Assembly (NCBI GenBank): GCA_963976765.1
Contig: CAXBME010000007.1
Span: 62,001 to 126,000, forward strand
From: an uncultured Planctomycetaceae bacterium
Lineage (GTDB): Bacteria > Planctomycetota > Planctomycetia > Planctomycetales > Planctomycetaceae
Length of the DNA: 64,000 nt
Direction of reading: 5' to 3'
Notes under the pieces: model-generated
Database searches by the model: none
What the model was told of the DNA's origin: nothing
The model's input: only the letters and a program-made list of their open reading frames with translations
Shown here: positions 39,793 through 49,284 of the stretch, in pieces
How positions within the stretch are numbered: the first letter of the stretch is position 1
Layout: the number at the start of each line of letters is the position of its first letter
Translations under genes and position numbers: made by a program

Positions 39793-40027
39793 TGTCAGCG
39801 ACGGCTTTGAAAAGGCGACCGAGTCGATGGTGCTGATGTCGCTGCGGGCGGCTCAGGCCGCGGTTGACCGGCGCGGCAACCGGATTCTGTGGGCCAGCGA
39901 AAATGCCTGGCGATACCTCGGCTGGGAATACAACGAAGAAACCACCGGTCGCCCCGGCCTGCTGCCCGCCGAACATTTCGGCCCGCTGCCTGCCTCGCCC
40001 GATTCACCCGCCGCTCAGCCCGCCTGA
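39569..40027 (+). pseudogene. Out-of-frame WD40 C-terminal part of the TIR-NACHT gene
   Basis: LAGHTSVVRSCGFSTDGRAIVSAGYDQTVRVWD and LAGHTGRVMSCGFSTDGRAIVSAGYDQTVRVWD, then tail WASENAWRYLGW...LLPAEHFGPLP. No credible start of its own. Confidence 0.75.
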
Positions 40028-40159
40028 TCCCAACTCGCTCGCCACCCTCCGCCGCCGACCGCTATCCTTCGCCCGGAACGGAGAGCTTCAGAAGCTCGCA
40101 GGCTGGATCAACCGCAGCGCCGCTCCGGCAATCCCGACCCCATCGTTAACATGAATATC

Positions 40160-40225
40160 GTAGCGTGCGTCTTGACGCACCAGTCTGTGATGTCTCGGCT
40201 CCTGGCGTGTCGAGACGCACCCGAC
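40160..40225. repeat. Inverted pair of GTAGGGTGCGTC(T/C)(T/C)GACGCACC-family REPs
   Basis: GTAGCGTGCGTCTTGACGCACC and GGCGTGTCGAGACGCACCCGAC. Same family at 42867, 44381 and 61346. Confidence 0.75.
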
Positions 40226-40258
40226 ACTCTTTTTTCAACGGCCACTCAGGGAATCATT

Positions 40259-41443
<1,185 letters not shown>

Positions 41444-41473
41444 TCGGCCGATCAGTGGCACACGACGAGGCTC

Positions 41474-41544
41474 GCAGGATGGGCGCAGCCTACCAATGAT
41501 GCCATTTCGGTTTTCAAGTGAGTGGTGGGCGGTGTCCATCCTGC
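41474..41544. repeat. Inverted REP-like pair between convergent genes
   Basis: GCAGGATGGGCGCAGCCTACCA and TGGTGGGCGGTGTCCATCCTGC. Confidence 0.65.
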
Positions 41545-41546
41545 AA

Positions 41547-42782
41547 TCACTCGACGATGCCGAAGGTGTGCTGGGCTCCGCCGAGGATGGCGATGGATTC
41601 GGAGGCGTCGAGGATTCGGGTGACCTCGGTGCTTTCTTCGAGCGGGTAGATGAACAGTTCTTCGACCAGCTCGGGTTCGAGTTTGCTGAGTAGAAGGATG
41701 CGAGCCCAGCCGGCGGCGTTGACGATCTGCGTGGCCGGGATGAGGTCGACCGGGCTTTCATCGCGAAGTGGTTGCAGGCAGTTTTCGGGATAGTCTTCTC
41801 GACGGAGCAGGCTCAGGCCATCGCCGGGTTGCTCGTCGAGTTCCGACAGGATGACGATGCGGCCGCCGCGTTCGACCAGTTGTCGAGCGGTCGCGACGGC
41901 TTTGCCGATCTGATTCCAGCCGTGGCCGGACACGTCGGTTGAAACGGCGACGACGACGGTTTCAACTCGCTCGGGCATTGTGACCAGCCAGTTGTCGTCG
42001 AGCTTTTCCCGCGAACGTTTGAAGACGGCATCGGTGCTTCCGGCCAGAACTTCCAGAACGCCGCCGCAGTCCGAAGCGACGACCTGCACGCAGAACTGAA
42101 CTCCCATCAGCCAGGCAATTTCGTCGACCAGTTGCCGCAGCGGGCGCTCGTCTCGCGGTGAGAGTTCGAGGTGTCCCTGGCCGACCGTCTTGCGGAGGGC
42201 CTCGATGTTCGACAGGCCTGGATAGAGAACGCTGTTGGTTCCCCGGTAGCCGAGCAGTGTGTCGTACGAGGTCGCCCCGACTGGCAGAACGAAGTCGGCT
42301 TCGACCAGTTCTTTCGCGAGATAAACCGGTTCACCTTTGGTTGTTGTCGCCAGGTAGCCGCAACTGTTTTCTGCGAGCGGGTCGTGGATTTTCCAGGCAA
42401 CTGCCTGCTGAACAGAAATCGGCAACAGCGATCGAGGATCGAGCGGCGTTTTTGCGCCGACCGCGACCGGTTGAAGGATCGTCAGGTTGGCTGGATTGAT
42501 GTCGCGACGTTCGAGGTACGACCAGATTCCGGCGACGACCTCGGCAGCGCAGGGAGTGTCGCGGTCCAGTGCGATGACGACTTTGTCGTCCGGAACCAGT
42601 GCCTGATCAAGAGTCGGAAGATCGATCGGCGAAGCCAGAGCCTGACTGACGGCGGCAGCAACATCGGCTCGTGGAGCAGGCCCAGGTCGGAAAACGGCAA
42701 CGCGATCAGCGTCAACTTCGGCGGAGAATTCGCCAGCGAAACCGTACCGAAGACTGATTGGGATAAACTGTTGAAGAGCCAC
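41547..42782 (-). CDS. LarA/DUF2088 (lactate racemase-like) domain protein, catalytically degenerate
   Basis: ALASPIDLPTL...DKVVIAL, HDP, GYLATTTKGEPVYLAKELVEADFVL, YPGLS, VERGGRIVIL. Start uncertain (GTG 42782 or further upstream). Confidence 0.75.
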   Translation of the reverse strand: MALQQFIPISLRYGFAGEFSAEVDADRVAVFRPGPAPRADVAAAVSQALASPIDLPTLDQALVPDDKVVIALDRDTPCAAEVVAGIWSYLERRDINPANLTILQPVAVGAKTPLDPRSLLPISVQQAVAWKIHDPLAENSCGYLATTTKGEPVYLAKELVEADFVLPVGATSYDTLLGYRGTNSVLYPGLSNIEALRKTVGQGHLELSPRDERPLRQLVDEIAWLMGVQFCVQVVASDCGGVLEVLAGSTDAVFKRSREKLDDNWLVTMPERVETVVVAVSTDVSGHGWNQIGKAVATARQLVERGGRIVILSELDEQPGDGLSLLRREDYPENCLQPLRDESPVDLIPATQIVNAAGWARILLLSKLEPELVEELFIYPLEESTEVTRILDASESIAILGGAQHTFGIVE

Positions 42783-42866
42783 GAGGTGGGTTCCGGTGAG
42801 AATATAGTGCGGGTGAAAATCGAACGGCGATGGCCACATGCATGGCAGCGAAGACGCATCTTAACC

Positions 42867-42929
42867 GTAGAGTGCGTCTCGACGCACCATAGCGTTATGT
42901 GAATTGGTGGTGCTCAAGACGCACCCTGC
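42867..42929. repeat. Inverted REP pair (GACGCACC family)
   Basis: GTAGAGTGCGTCTCGACGCACC and GGTGCTCAAGACGCACCCTGC. Confidence 0.75.
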
Positions 42930-43091
42930 GTTCACTAACTTGCGGGCATACGGAAGATTCTGGCCTCTGTGAACTGTGTGGCTGAAAATCTTCTCGCCGT
43001 GCGGTTGGAAGATTCTGAAGAAGTGAGTAAGTACACTTTCGCCGCTGCCAGGAATTTACTCCCGCTGTCGAGATCGAACTGGGCTTTTACC

Positions 43092-43697
43092 GTGTCGCAA
43101 ACTCTGGACGAAGACGATCAGCTGATGGTCCGTCTCCAGGATGGCGATTCCAGTGCGTTTGACGAAATTGTCGATCGGCACAGCGGACCTCTGTACGGTT
43201 TTTTCCTGAAGAATTCCCGAAACCCGCAGCTCGCTGAAGACCTGACGCAGGAGACACTGCTGAGGCTGTATCGGCAGTTCTGGAATTACCTGCCGGTCGG
43301 ACGGTTCAAGGGCTGGATGTACCGCATCGCTCGGAACCTGCTGATTGACAACGTTCGCAAAGCATCGCACGACTGTCTGGTTAAAGCTGTCAAAGGGAAG
43401 TTTGAGGACGATACCGACCTCATTTCGACCGTCGCTGGCGACATGCTGAGTCCTCAGGAAGAAGCTGATCACGACGAACTGAAGATTCTCGTCGAAAAGC
43501 TGCTGGACGATCTTCCCGAAGAGCAACGACTGACCTTCACACTTCACCATTTTGCCGGTTTGTCGCTGCCGGAAGTCGCCGAAGCTCTCGACACTTCCGT
43601 TCCGACGACGAAGAGCCGACTGCGACTGGCCAGGGAAAAGCTGAGCAGCTGGCTGCTCGAACGAGGCATTATCAACCCGCACCAACCAGATGACTGA
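43092..43697 (+). CDS. ECF-type sigma-70 factor
   Basis: DDQLMVRLQDGDSSAFDEIV, AEDLTQET, FKGWMYRIARNLLID, region 4 LSLPEVAEALDTSVPTTKSRLRLAR. GTG start. Confidence 0.93.
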   Translation: MSQTLDEDDQLMVRLQDGDSSAFDEIVDRHSGPLYGFFLKNSRNPQLAEDLTQETLLRLYRQFWNYLPVGRFKGWMYRIARNLLIDNVRKASHDCLVKAVKGKFEDDTDLISTVAGDMLSPQEEADHDELKILVEKLLDDLPEEQRLTFTLHHFAGLSLPEVAEALDTSVPTTKSRLRLAREKLSSWLLERGIINPHQPDD

Positions 43698-43842
43698 CGT
43701 ACGGTGATTTTGCGACAAACCCAACTGAAACGTGTTGCCTGCTTCTGATTGGCAACGGACTCTCAGGAAACTTCAAAACACAACAATCCGAATCCAGAGT
43801 TCACCGTTAGCGGCGGCCACCGCTGAAACCCGGAGCCCAGTT

Positions 43843-44373
43843 ATGACCTACTTCAGCCGGCTGACTGACATCGTCACCTGCAACCTGACAAGACTGCTCG
43901 CCGAAGCTGACGACCCCGTGGCAGCCTTGCAGGAAATTATTGCCGAGATGGACGCCGGCCTGGCCGGGGCCAGGCGGAGCATGCAGACCGCTCAAGGCAA
44001 TGAAAACCGAATCCGTGGCGAGGTCGAGGAACACTCCGCCCAGATCACTCACTGGTCGAACAAGGCGAAAGAGCACCTTGTCGCCGGAGCCGAAGACCAG
44101 GCACGACTGGCTCTGGTGCGAAAGCGCGAAGTGGAAGACCTGGTCGCCGGGCTGGAGCAGCAGCTTCTGGCTGCCGAGCAGACTCGTGAGCATCTCTTCA
44201 CGACGTTTCGAGCGCTCGAAGCCCGACTCGCGGAAGCTCGCCGTCGTCAGCAGTCCGGGGACGGTGGCGCAGAGCCTGCTGATCCTGGATCAGATTCCGG
44301 GGCCGGGTCGTCGGTCTCGTCGGAAATCGATGATGAACTCGCCGCACTGAAGCGGGAACTCGGACAGAGTTAG
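43843..44373 (+). CDS. pspA: PspA/IM30 family protein (short, 176 aa)
   Basis: FSRLTDIVTCNL...AEADDP, WSNKAKEHLVAGAEDQARLAL, C-terminal IDDELAALKRELG. GGAG RBS. Confidence 0.85.
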   Translation: MTYFSRLTDIVTCNLTRLLAEADDPVAALQEIIAEMDAGLAGARRSMQTAQGNENRIRGEVEEHSAQITHWSNKAKEHLVAGAEDQARLALVRKREVEDLVAGLEQQLLAAEQTREHLFTTFRALEARLAEARRRQQSGDGGAEPADPGSDSGAGSSVSSEIDDELAALKRELGQS

Positions 44374-44380
44374 CAGATCT

Positions 44381-44443
44381 GCAGGGGGCGTCTCGACGCA
44401 CTACAGGTCTGCTTAACGCGTGGCGCATCAAAATGCACCACGC
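44381..44443. repeat. Degenerate inverted REP pair (GACGCACC family)
   Basis: GCAGGGGGCGTCTCGACGCACT and GGCGCATCAAAATGCACCACGC. Confidence 0.6.
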
Positions 44444-44457
44444 ATGTGCCTTTTCAG

Positions 44458-44964
44458 TTAATGACCATATCCGGACTGAGAATCCTGTGGCCGAGCTGGT
44501 TGATGTTCAGTCTTGCGTTCCCAGCTCCAGGCGTGTGGGGCAGGAACTGGTGGTGAGGCATGCTGCTCGGGTTGGACCGGTGTCGGGCCAGCCAGCGTTG
44601 CAGGCTGTTGATAAGCCGGCGGTGCGATCGGTTGCGGCGGCTGAAACGTCGGCAGATGTGGTCGTGGCGGCTGAGTCGCGGCAACGGTGTTTGCCGGTTG
44701 TTGAAGAAATCCGCCTGACTGCGGCTGTCCCGGCTGCTGCTGTGCAGTGATCGGCGGATGCTCGTTGGGAACGGTGACCGGCAGCGAATGGTCGATCGCT
44801 TCCCGGCGATAGATCCATTCCTGAATGGAGACCCATTCGTGCTTACAGGAAGAGCAGACACAACTGCATCCGGCGCGAGCCGCCTGGAGTTTCGCAGCCA
44901 GTGTCAGTTCAACCTTGTTCTCACAACCTGGACAATGCGTATAGAAATCGTGTCGTTGTCTCAT
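44458..44964 (-). CDS. Hypothetical protein: N-terminal Zn-ribbon plus Pro/Gln-rich disordered tail
   Basis: CPGC...CSSCKHEW followed by P/Q-rich low complexity. Confidence 0.6.
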   Translation of the reverse strand: MRQRHDFYTHCPGCENKVELTLAAKLQAARAGCSCVCSSCKHEWVSIQEWIYRREAIDHSLPVTVPNEHPPITAQQQPGQPQSGGFLQQPANTVAATQPPRPHLPTFQPPQPIAPPAYQQPATLAGPTPVQPEQHASPPVPAPHAWSWERKTEHQPARPQDSQSGYGH

Positions 44965-45127
44965 GATTCGGGTGCCTGTTCTTGATCGATTGTGCCGACT
45001 TCCGGATGAGTCTTGGTCGCGGCCTGCCCGGCTTGCTGGCTGTTGACCGCCGCCGTACCTGACCGCGTCAGTAGGCGGAAGCGTTTGGCTTCAACCTGTC
45101 GAAAGGCGATCAGGTAGCGAAAAGTGA

Positions 45128-45802
45128 TCAGGCACAAACGAGCCCTTCGCGGATCGCGTACCTGGCCAGGTCAACCCGGTCATGGATCCCCAGCGACTGC
45201 ATGATCCGGTACTTATGGCTGTCCACAGATTTGACGGAAATGTGCATCTTGCGAGCGACATCTTTGACACTCAGTCCGTAAGCCAGATGCCTCAGCACTT
45301 CGAGCTGTCGATCGCTCAGCTGCGTCAATCGACTTTCGAACTGAGTTCGCGTGTTCCCGGTAGCCGGGTCGATGAAAACGCGATCGCGGATCGGTTCTGA
45401 GTAGTAGGTACCGCCTTTTGAAACCGTCTGAACAGCAGACAGCAGGCTGGCCAGCGAATCTGTTTTCAGAACGTAGCCCGCCGCTTTCGACCGCAGAGCC
45501 TGTTCGATGTAAATGTCGGGCATGACAGCGCTGTAAAAGATGACCTTTGTTTCTCGCTGCCGCATCGCCAGATCGCCAGCGAGTTCGAAACCGCTGCGAC
45601 CTTCGAGGTCTACTTCGACAATCGCAATCCGGGGGCGTTTGTCGATCAGCATTCGCATGCCGTCTTCACCCGTGGCTTCGACGCCGACCACTTCGGAATC
45701 CGGCTGGCTGTTCAGGAGCATCGAGATCGCATACTGAGTCGCTTCCTGCGGCTCAACGACTCCGACGGTAATCGTCTTCCGTTGCGTTTCGACAAGCATC
45801 AT
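45128..45802 (-). CDS. NarL/LuxR-family response regulator with atypical receiver
   Basis: REC fold (AAGYVLK), LuxR HTH LSDRQLEVLRHLAYGLSVKDVARKMHISVKSVDSHK. Confidence 0.92.
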   Translation of the reverse strand: MMLVETQRKTITVGVVEPQEATQYAISMLLNSQPDSEVVGVEATGEDGMRMLIDKRPRIAIVEVDLEGRSGFELAGDLAMRQRETKVIFYSAVMPDIYIEQALRSKAAGYVLKTDSLASLLSAVQTVSKGGTYYSEPIRDRVFIDPATGNTRTQFESRLTQLSDRQLEVLRHLAYGLSVKDVARKMHISVKSVDSHKYRIMQSLGIHDRVDLARYAIREGLVCA

Positions 45803-46483
45803 TCTCGGGCCTCTGCTTTCGCGAATTTGATTCGAGTTGGTCCACCTGTCTCGCCTCGGGCTTGAGACAAAGTTCTGGTGTGTGAGATTTGCGGGAGTCG
45901 CCGCACTGGGAGCGTGACTCGCCGTCTGGAAGTGTATCGGGGCAAACTGAAGTCAATTCTTAGAAGTGATGCCCTCCATTTCCGCGTTTGCGGAAACCTG
46001 CATTAAATTCCACGTGTAGGACTGCACTTCTGCGACAGATTCGAGGGTTTTACCTCATAGTTGAAGTGAAAGCATTGCCTCTTTGCGTCATGAAGTAGGG
46101 GATCTCCTGCGGCACGTCGGAGGTTCGCCAGAGGTTCCAAAGGCTGTCGCCGTTCCGACAGATAACGGTTGAGCACAAATGAATACGCGTCTGCGGGAGG
46201 TGAAGACTTCTATCGACCGGAGGGGAACACTTCGTACGAACAGTGACTTCCAGGTTCAAAAATTAACGGAACCGTTCGGCTGTACTGCCCGAAGGCAAGA
46301 GCGTCAGGCGGGATGCCTATTGAGGCGTTCGCCCCATCGTCGATACGATCCCGATGCTCAGGCATCCTGCGCAATCTGGCAGGCGTTCAGGTTCTGGTAT
46401 AACAAGCCCGCCTGATTCTAAAGCTGCCCACAGGATTCCTGCGGCTCAGGTCGTGTTTTTTGACATACCACGGAAGGTTCGTC

Positions 46484-47281
46484 ATGGCTCAGTTGGCGAC
46501 GCGAATTCGAGGACCTGTTTCTGTGATCGGCGATGTTCACGGGCAGGTTGACCAGCTACTTTCAGTGCTTGATCAGTTGCGGTCCCGTTCAGACTACGAC
46601 GAACGCTGCATCGTGTTTATCGGCGACCTTGTCGACCGCGGACCGGACACCAGAGGGACGATGGATATCGTCTGTGATCTGCTCGTCGAGCACCCTCGAA
46701 CCACGATGGTCAGTGGAAATCACGAACTGGCAATGGCCGGTGCGCTGAACCTGATTCCGACGCCGGACTACGCCGAATGGGGACCAAGGTGGGTCAACGA
46801 TTACCTCTCGGAATCAACGTTCGAATCCTACGGTGTTGAGCACGGCGATCTTGCCGGATTGCGGGCAGCGCTACCGGAGCGGCATGTTGACCTGCTGACG
46901 GATCTGCCCTGGGGAATCGAACATCCAGAGTTTTACTTCGTCCACGCGGGACTGGATCCGAACACGCCGTTTGACATGCAGATTCGAATTCTGCGGCAGC
47001 GGGATTACTCGCTGAACCGGCCTCAGTGGCTTTGTTCAAAATCGTATGTCGATTCGTCTGTTCCCGGAGACTGTCCAGTCACCGTCGTCAGCGGCCACGT
47101 CAAGGTCCCGGTCGTCCGCATGGAACAGAAGAAAATTCTCATCGACACGACTGGCGGCGAAGGCGGCGACCTGAGCTGCGTGCTGCTGCCCGAACGGGAA
47201 GTCATCAGCTCCAGTGGAAACCCGGCAGTGGAAGTCGTCGGCGAGTCCCGGTCTAAGAAAAGCCGCTGGAAGCTCTGGTAG
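46484..47281 (+). CDS. Metallophosphoesterase, PPP-family Ser/Thr phosphatase-like
   Basis: IGDVHG, GDLVDRG, GNHE, FVHAG, SGH, IDT. Confidence 0.9.
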   Translation: MAQLATRIRGPVSVIGDVHGQVDQLLSVLDQLRSRSDYDERCIVFIGDLVDRGPDTRGTMDIVCDLLVEHPRTTMVSGNHELAMAGALNLIPTPDYAEWGPRWVNDYLSESTFESYGVEHGDLAGLRAALPERHVDLLTDLPWGIEHPEFYFVHAGLDPNTPFDMQIRILRQRDYSLNRPQWLCSKSYVDSSVPGDCPVTVVSGHVKVPVVRMEQKKILIDTTGGEGGDLSCVLLPEREVISSSGNPAVEVVGESRSKKSRWKLW

Positions 47282-49057
47282 CTACTTACTCGTCAGGCGG
47301 ATCACTCCGTCCCAATCGGCGGGGGCTCGTCGGTTGTGCTGGACGATGGGCATGGCCAGGAAATCCTGAGCCCGGTCCCCGGCGGGCATGTTGTGGAGCG
47401 ATTGCCAGGCACTTTCCCAGTCGCCGTTGATAAATGACTCGACTCCCGCTTCGTACTGGGCGATGTGTTCGTCCTTGAGCAGCGGATACTCATGCTCGGG
47501 TGGGAGAAGTTCGCTGACGAACACTGGAGTCTCCATCCCGACCGGAATGACCTTTCCGAGTCGCCGCGTTCGGCCTTCCAGGTGATCGAGTTTCTCACGT
47601 ACAAGGTCCGCCGTTGCTTCGTCCAGTACGATGGGAACTCGCAGTTGCGTTGTCATTGTTTCGAGCCGGCTGGCGAGATTCACCACCGGCCCGAAGACCG
47701 TTACTTTGACCTGCTCCGACGTGCCGATTTTCCCGGCAACCGCCCGTCCGTGCGCAATGCCAATTCCCATTTCAAAATCAGCCAGCGCATGGCCGGGTGT
47801 CGCTGACGCCGTTTCAAACGCCTTTCGAATCGCCAGCGCTGCGCGGCACGCATTCAACGGAGCCGACTCCGACGCAAACGGCCAGCCCCAGAAACCCAGA
47901 GCCGCATCGCCCTGAAAATCTCCGGTCACGCCGCCGAAATGCAGAATCTGTTCGGTCATGACGCCGAGCGCTTCGCTGACTCGACTCAGCAAACCGGTCA
48001 GGTCATGAGCCGCGTTCTCTGCTCGCTGGCTGAAGCCTCGCAGGTCGCAAAAGAGGACGGTCACGTCGCACTCACGCGGCTCCAGAATGTCCGTGTCCAG
48101 ATCCTGACCAAGAGCTTTCAGAATTGGAGGCGCGAAGAATTGCCGCAGCCCGGCCTGGTGACGCTCCAGCCGGCTGAGCCTTCTTAACGACGCGACAATT
48201 TCGGAAACCAGTTCGGTAAATCGAACATCAGCGCTCAGCAACGCCGTGTGCTCGTCCACTCCGGATGCGAATGACGCGGCGTCAAGCTGCCCGGCGACGT
48301 ACAGACCTCGACGAGGCTGACCGGTCACGAGCACCGGAGTGCAGAACGCCCAGTTGAACTCACCCGTCGCCGTGTACTGGGGATCGTGATTGTCCAGCTC
48401 CGGTTCCCACACGTGAAGAATGCTGCGGTTGCTCGAAAGGATGGCTTCCCGCACGAGTCGACCGCTGGGGTGTACGCCGCCTTCGGTTTCGTTGCGACGG
48501 TCCCAGTGCAGGATCTCAACCTTGTCATCCACTGGTTCGACAATGGCGACGGCCTCGGCGCGAGGAATTCCCGCCAGCAGAAGCTGAGCGACTCGAAGAA
48601 AGAAGTCTTCGTCCGTACGGGTTCCCCAGATCACGCTGGGAAGGTGAGTCAGCACTTCGATTCGTTTGTCGGCATCGCTGAACGGAATCTGTCGAAGCTG
48701 CCCGGCGTCGAACCGAATTTCTTCCAGCAGTCGATCGAGCTGGCTGGAATCATCGGCCTTTGACGCGGCCAGCCGAAACTCGGTCGTCCCGACTACAAAG
48801 GACTCGCCATCTCGCAGCGTAAAATCGCGCGAAGCGATGCCCGAGACAAAGACAGGGTTCGCTGCTTCGGCCAGCTTTTTGCCAACCACCTGTTCGCCCG
48901 AAATCGTCAGTTCCAGATGCCGACGAGACATCATCGACTCCCACGCGACAGGCACGTCCATGTCGCTTGATCGACCGACCGTGAAAGTCTTCTCGCCCAC
49001 CAGCGGCAATCGAATCCGCTGCCGACGATCAGGCCCAAGCACTATCAGATCGAACAT
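47282..49057 (-). CDS. FHA-GAF-class III nucleotidyl cyclase
   Basis: FHA: VGRS...MSRRH...N. GAF-like middle region. Cyclase: VLFCDLRGFS, QGDAA, GIGIAHG, VNLASRLE. Helical tail ending WDGVIRL. Confidence 0.9.
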   Translation of the reverse strand: MFDLIVLGPDRRQRIRLPLVGEKTFTVGRSSDMDVPVAWESMMSRRHLELTISGEQVVGKKLAEAANPVFVSGIASRDFTLRDGESFVVGTTEFRLAASKADDSSQLDRLLEEIRFDAGQLRQIPFSDADKRIEVLTHLPSVIWGTRTDEDFFLRVAQLLLAGIPRAEAVAIVEPVDDKVEILHWDRRNETEGGVHPSGRLVREAILSSNRSILHVWEPELDNHDPQYTATGEFNWAFCTPVLVTGQPRRGLYVAGQLDAASFASGVDEHTALLSADVRFTELVSEIVASLRRLSRLERHQAGLRQFFAPPILKALGQDLDTDILEPRECDVTVLFCDLRGFSQRAENAAHDLTGLLSRVSEALGVMTEQILHFGGVTGDFQGDAALGFWGWPFASESAPLNACRAALAIRKAFETASATPGHALADFEMGIGIAHGRAVAGKIGTSEQVKVTVFGPVVNLASRLETMTTQLRVPIVLDEATADLVREKLDHLEGRTRRLGKVIPVGMETPVFVSELLPPEHEYPLLKDEHIAQYEAGVESFINGDWESAWQSLHNMPAGDRAQDFLAMPIVQHNRRAPADWDGVIRLTSK

Positions 49058-49110
49058 CGAGCAACTTTCCTTGATGACGTTTAGCCAGGCATTTCGAACA
49101 GCGTTACCTT

Positions 49111-49260
49111 GTCACCTCGCCCACCCTGGGAGAGAGGTCGTTGTTTCAGCTGCGGGTGAGGGGGCCTTAATTCGGCGTCCAGGCCAGACTGGAAACCCAG
49201 ACTGGAAACCTCTCTCACGGCCCTGAGAGGCCGATCTCTCCTGCAAGCGGAAGAGGTGAC
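49111..49260. repeat. Degenerate inverted repeat element (CCCTCACCC / CTCTCC...GGAGAGG type) with internal 13 bp tandem duplication
   Basis: GTCACCTC...GAGGTGAC ends, GGGTGAGGGG, CTCTCCTGCAAGCGGAAGAGG; CCAGACTGGAAAC x2 at 49184-49209. Confidence 0.55.
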
Positions 49261-49284
49261 AGTGAGCAAGGGCCGCGCCAGAGC

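Noticed and set aside
40151..40258. N-terminal extension of the aminotransferase in the ORF track (similarly 42969, 43732, 54451, 7761, 14839, 16618)
   Set aside because: The extensions run through repeats, intergenic DNA or neighbouring genes; recognisable protein sequence begins at the downstream starts used here.
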